NCBI RefSeq assembly: GCF_006345805.1
Contig: NC_042999.1
Location: 141,918,001 to 141,982,000 of the forward strand
Reading direction: 5' to 3'
Origin: Octopus sinensis
Lineage: Eukaryota
DNA length: 64,000 nucleotides
In this document: positions 63,070 to 64,000 of the stretch, one piece after another
Layout: each line of letters begins with the position of its first letter
How positions within the stretch are numbered: position 1 is the stretch's first letter
The notes under the pieces: generated by a model
Databases searched by the model: none
What the model was told of the DNA's origin: nothing
The model's input: the letters and a program-made list of their open reading frames with translations, nothing else
Program-made: the position numbers and the translations under genes

Positions 63070-63247
63070 CCATTCTGTCTCCAGTGAAATCTTACTTCAT
63101 CCACAATCAGATATACCTCCTGTTCAGGAGAAACGCATTTTAGTGGTTCCAAATCATCAAACAGCAGTGATGTCCAATCTATTTTCCATGTGGAAAGCAG
63201 GGCGTTTGTGTGACTCGTACATCAGTAATGGTACTACAAATATATTG
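63070..63247 (+). CDS. Unit 4 exon 3: BTB N-half (terminal exon expected beyond the window)
   Basis: TTTGAAG|C CAT TCT GTC...VPNHQTAVMSNLFSMWKAGRLCDSYISNGTTNIL|GTATGT. Confidence 0.9.
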
Positions 63248-64000
63248 GTATGTCATAAATTTAATTTTAACGCAACTATAATTATAGTTGTAATATAATA
63301 ATTATAATAATTTCAGACATTACCACAAGGCTAAAATTTTGTGGAATGAATATAATTAAATCAGCTTCAGTTCTGCACAGCAACTTCATTTTATCAATTT
63401 TGGAAAGATGAAATGCAAAAATGACTTTAGCAGGATTTAAACTCAGAACATAAAATATTACAACTAAAAGCTGCAAAAAATTTTATCTGACACTAATGAT
63501 TCTACCAATCTTTAAAATATTTAATATAGTTCATAATTCACCCCTATGATTTTATTCATACAGCCTTCTCCTTTTGTCTTGAATCTGTGTAATTTCTTCC
63601 ACGAGGCTGTCTGTTTAAAATGACATCCTAATTTCTTCTACCTAATATTATCTCATATGTACCTTCCACCAGTAACTTACTACACATTTTTACTCAATAA
63701 GCAACGGTTATTGCCATTATATATGTAAATCTGTATAGTTATCTTTCTTGTCATATATCAATCAATAATTAAGATGCTCTGTAACTGTCTCAACTCATGT
63801 ATTTAGCATTTTTTACAAATTAGCAATATATATATCAATCAGCTTGTTCTTAACTTGTTACTTGTCAGTTACAATAGATCTTCTACATTCATTGTCAGTA
63901 TATTATTGCCTTACAGCATAACTTTTACACGTGCTTTATTTGAACTGATCTTTACACAGGGACAGAAATTCATTCTAATACTTCAGTACTACTCTGAATT

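Overview
AT-rich, repeat-dense eukaryotic DNA; the SINE/RTE/mariner repeat families suggest Octopus (inferred from recognition, not searched). The main content is a + strand tandem array of four paralogous spliced genes that the ORF track shows only in pieces. Each has the layout [DNA-binding-domain exon] - [low-complexity linker exon] - [BTB N-half exon] - [BTB C-half plus long Ser/Asn/Thr-rich tail exon]. I assembled the genes by hand from GT/AG sites, and all junction phases are consistent: unit 1 is about 734 aa, unit 2 about 613 aa, unit 3 about 631 aa, and unit 4 runs off the window end. The BTB module is shared, but the N-terminal DNA-binding exon differs. Unit 1 uses a Tigger/pogo-transposase psq + CENP-B HTH; units 2-4 use STPR-type 23-aa repeats. 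Extra phase-compatible candidate cassettes are present: an orphan CG-1-like exon at <1-702, a second Tigger HTH with a GTGAGT donor at 39484-39955, and a TIR-bounded Tigger in a unit 3 intron. This looks like a modular transcription-factor family that attaches different, partly transposon-derived, DNA-binding domains to a C-terminal BTB. Introns and spacers contain RTE, Penelope-like, HERO-like and CR1/Jockey-like LINE remnants, SINEs, mariner/Tc1/Tigger elements, MITEs and two long palindromes with hammerhead-ribozyme-like motifs. Splice models are inferred from sequence alone; there is no transcript evidence.
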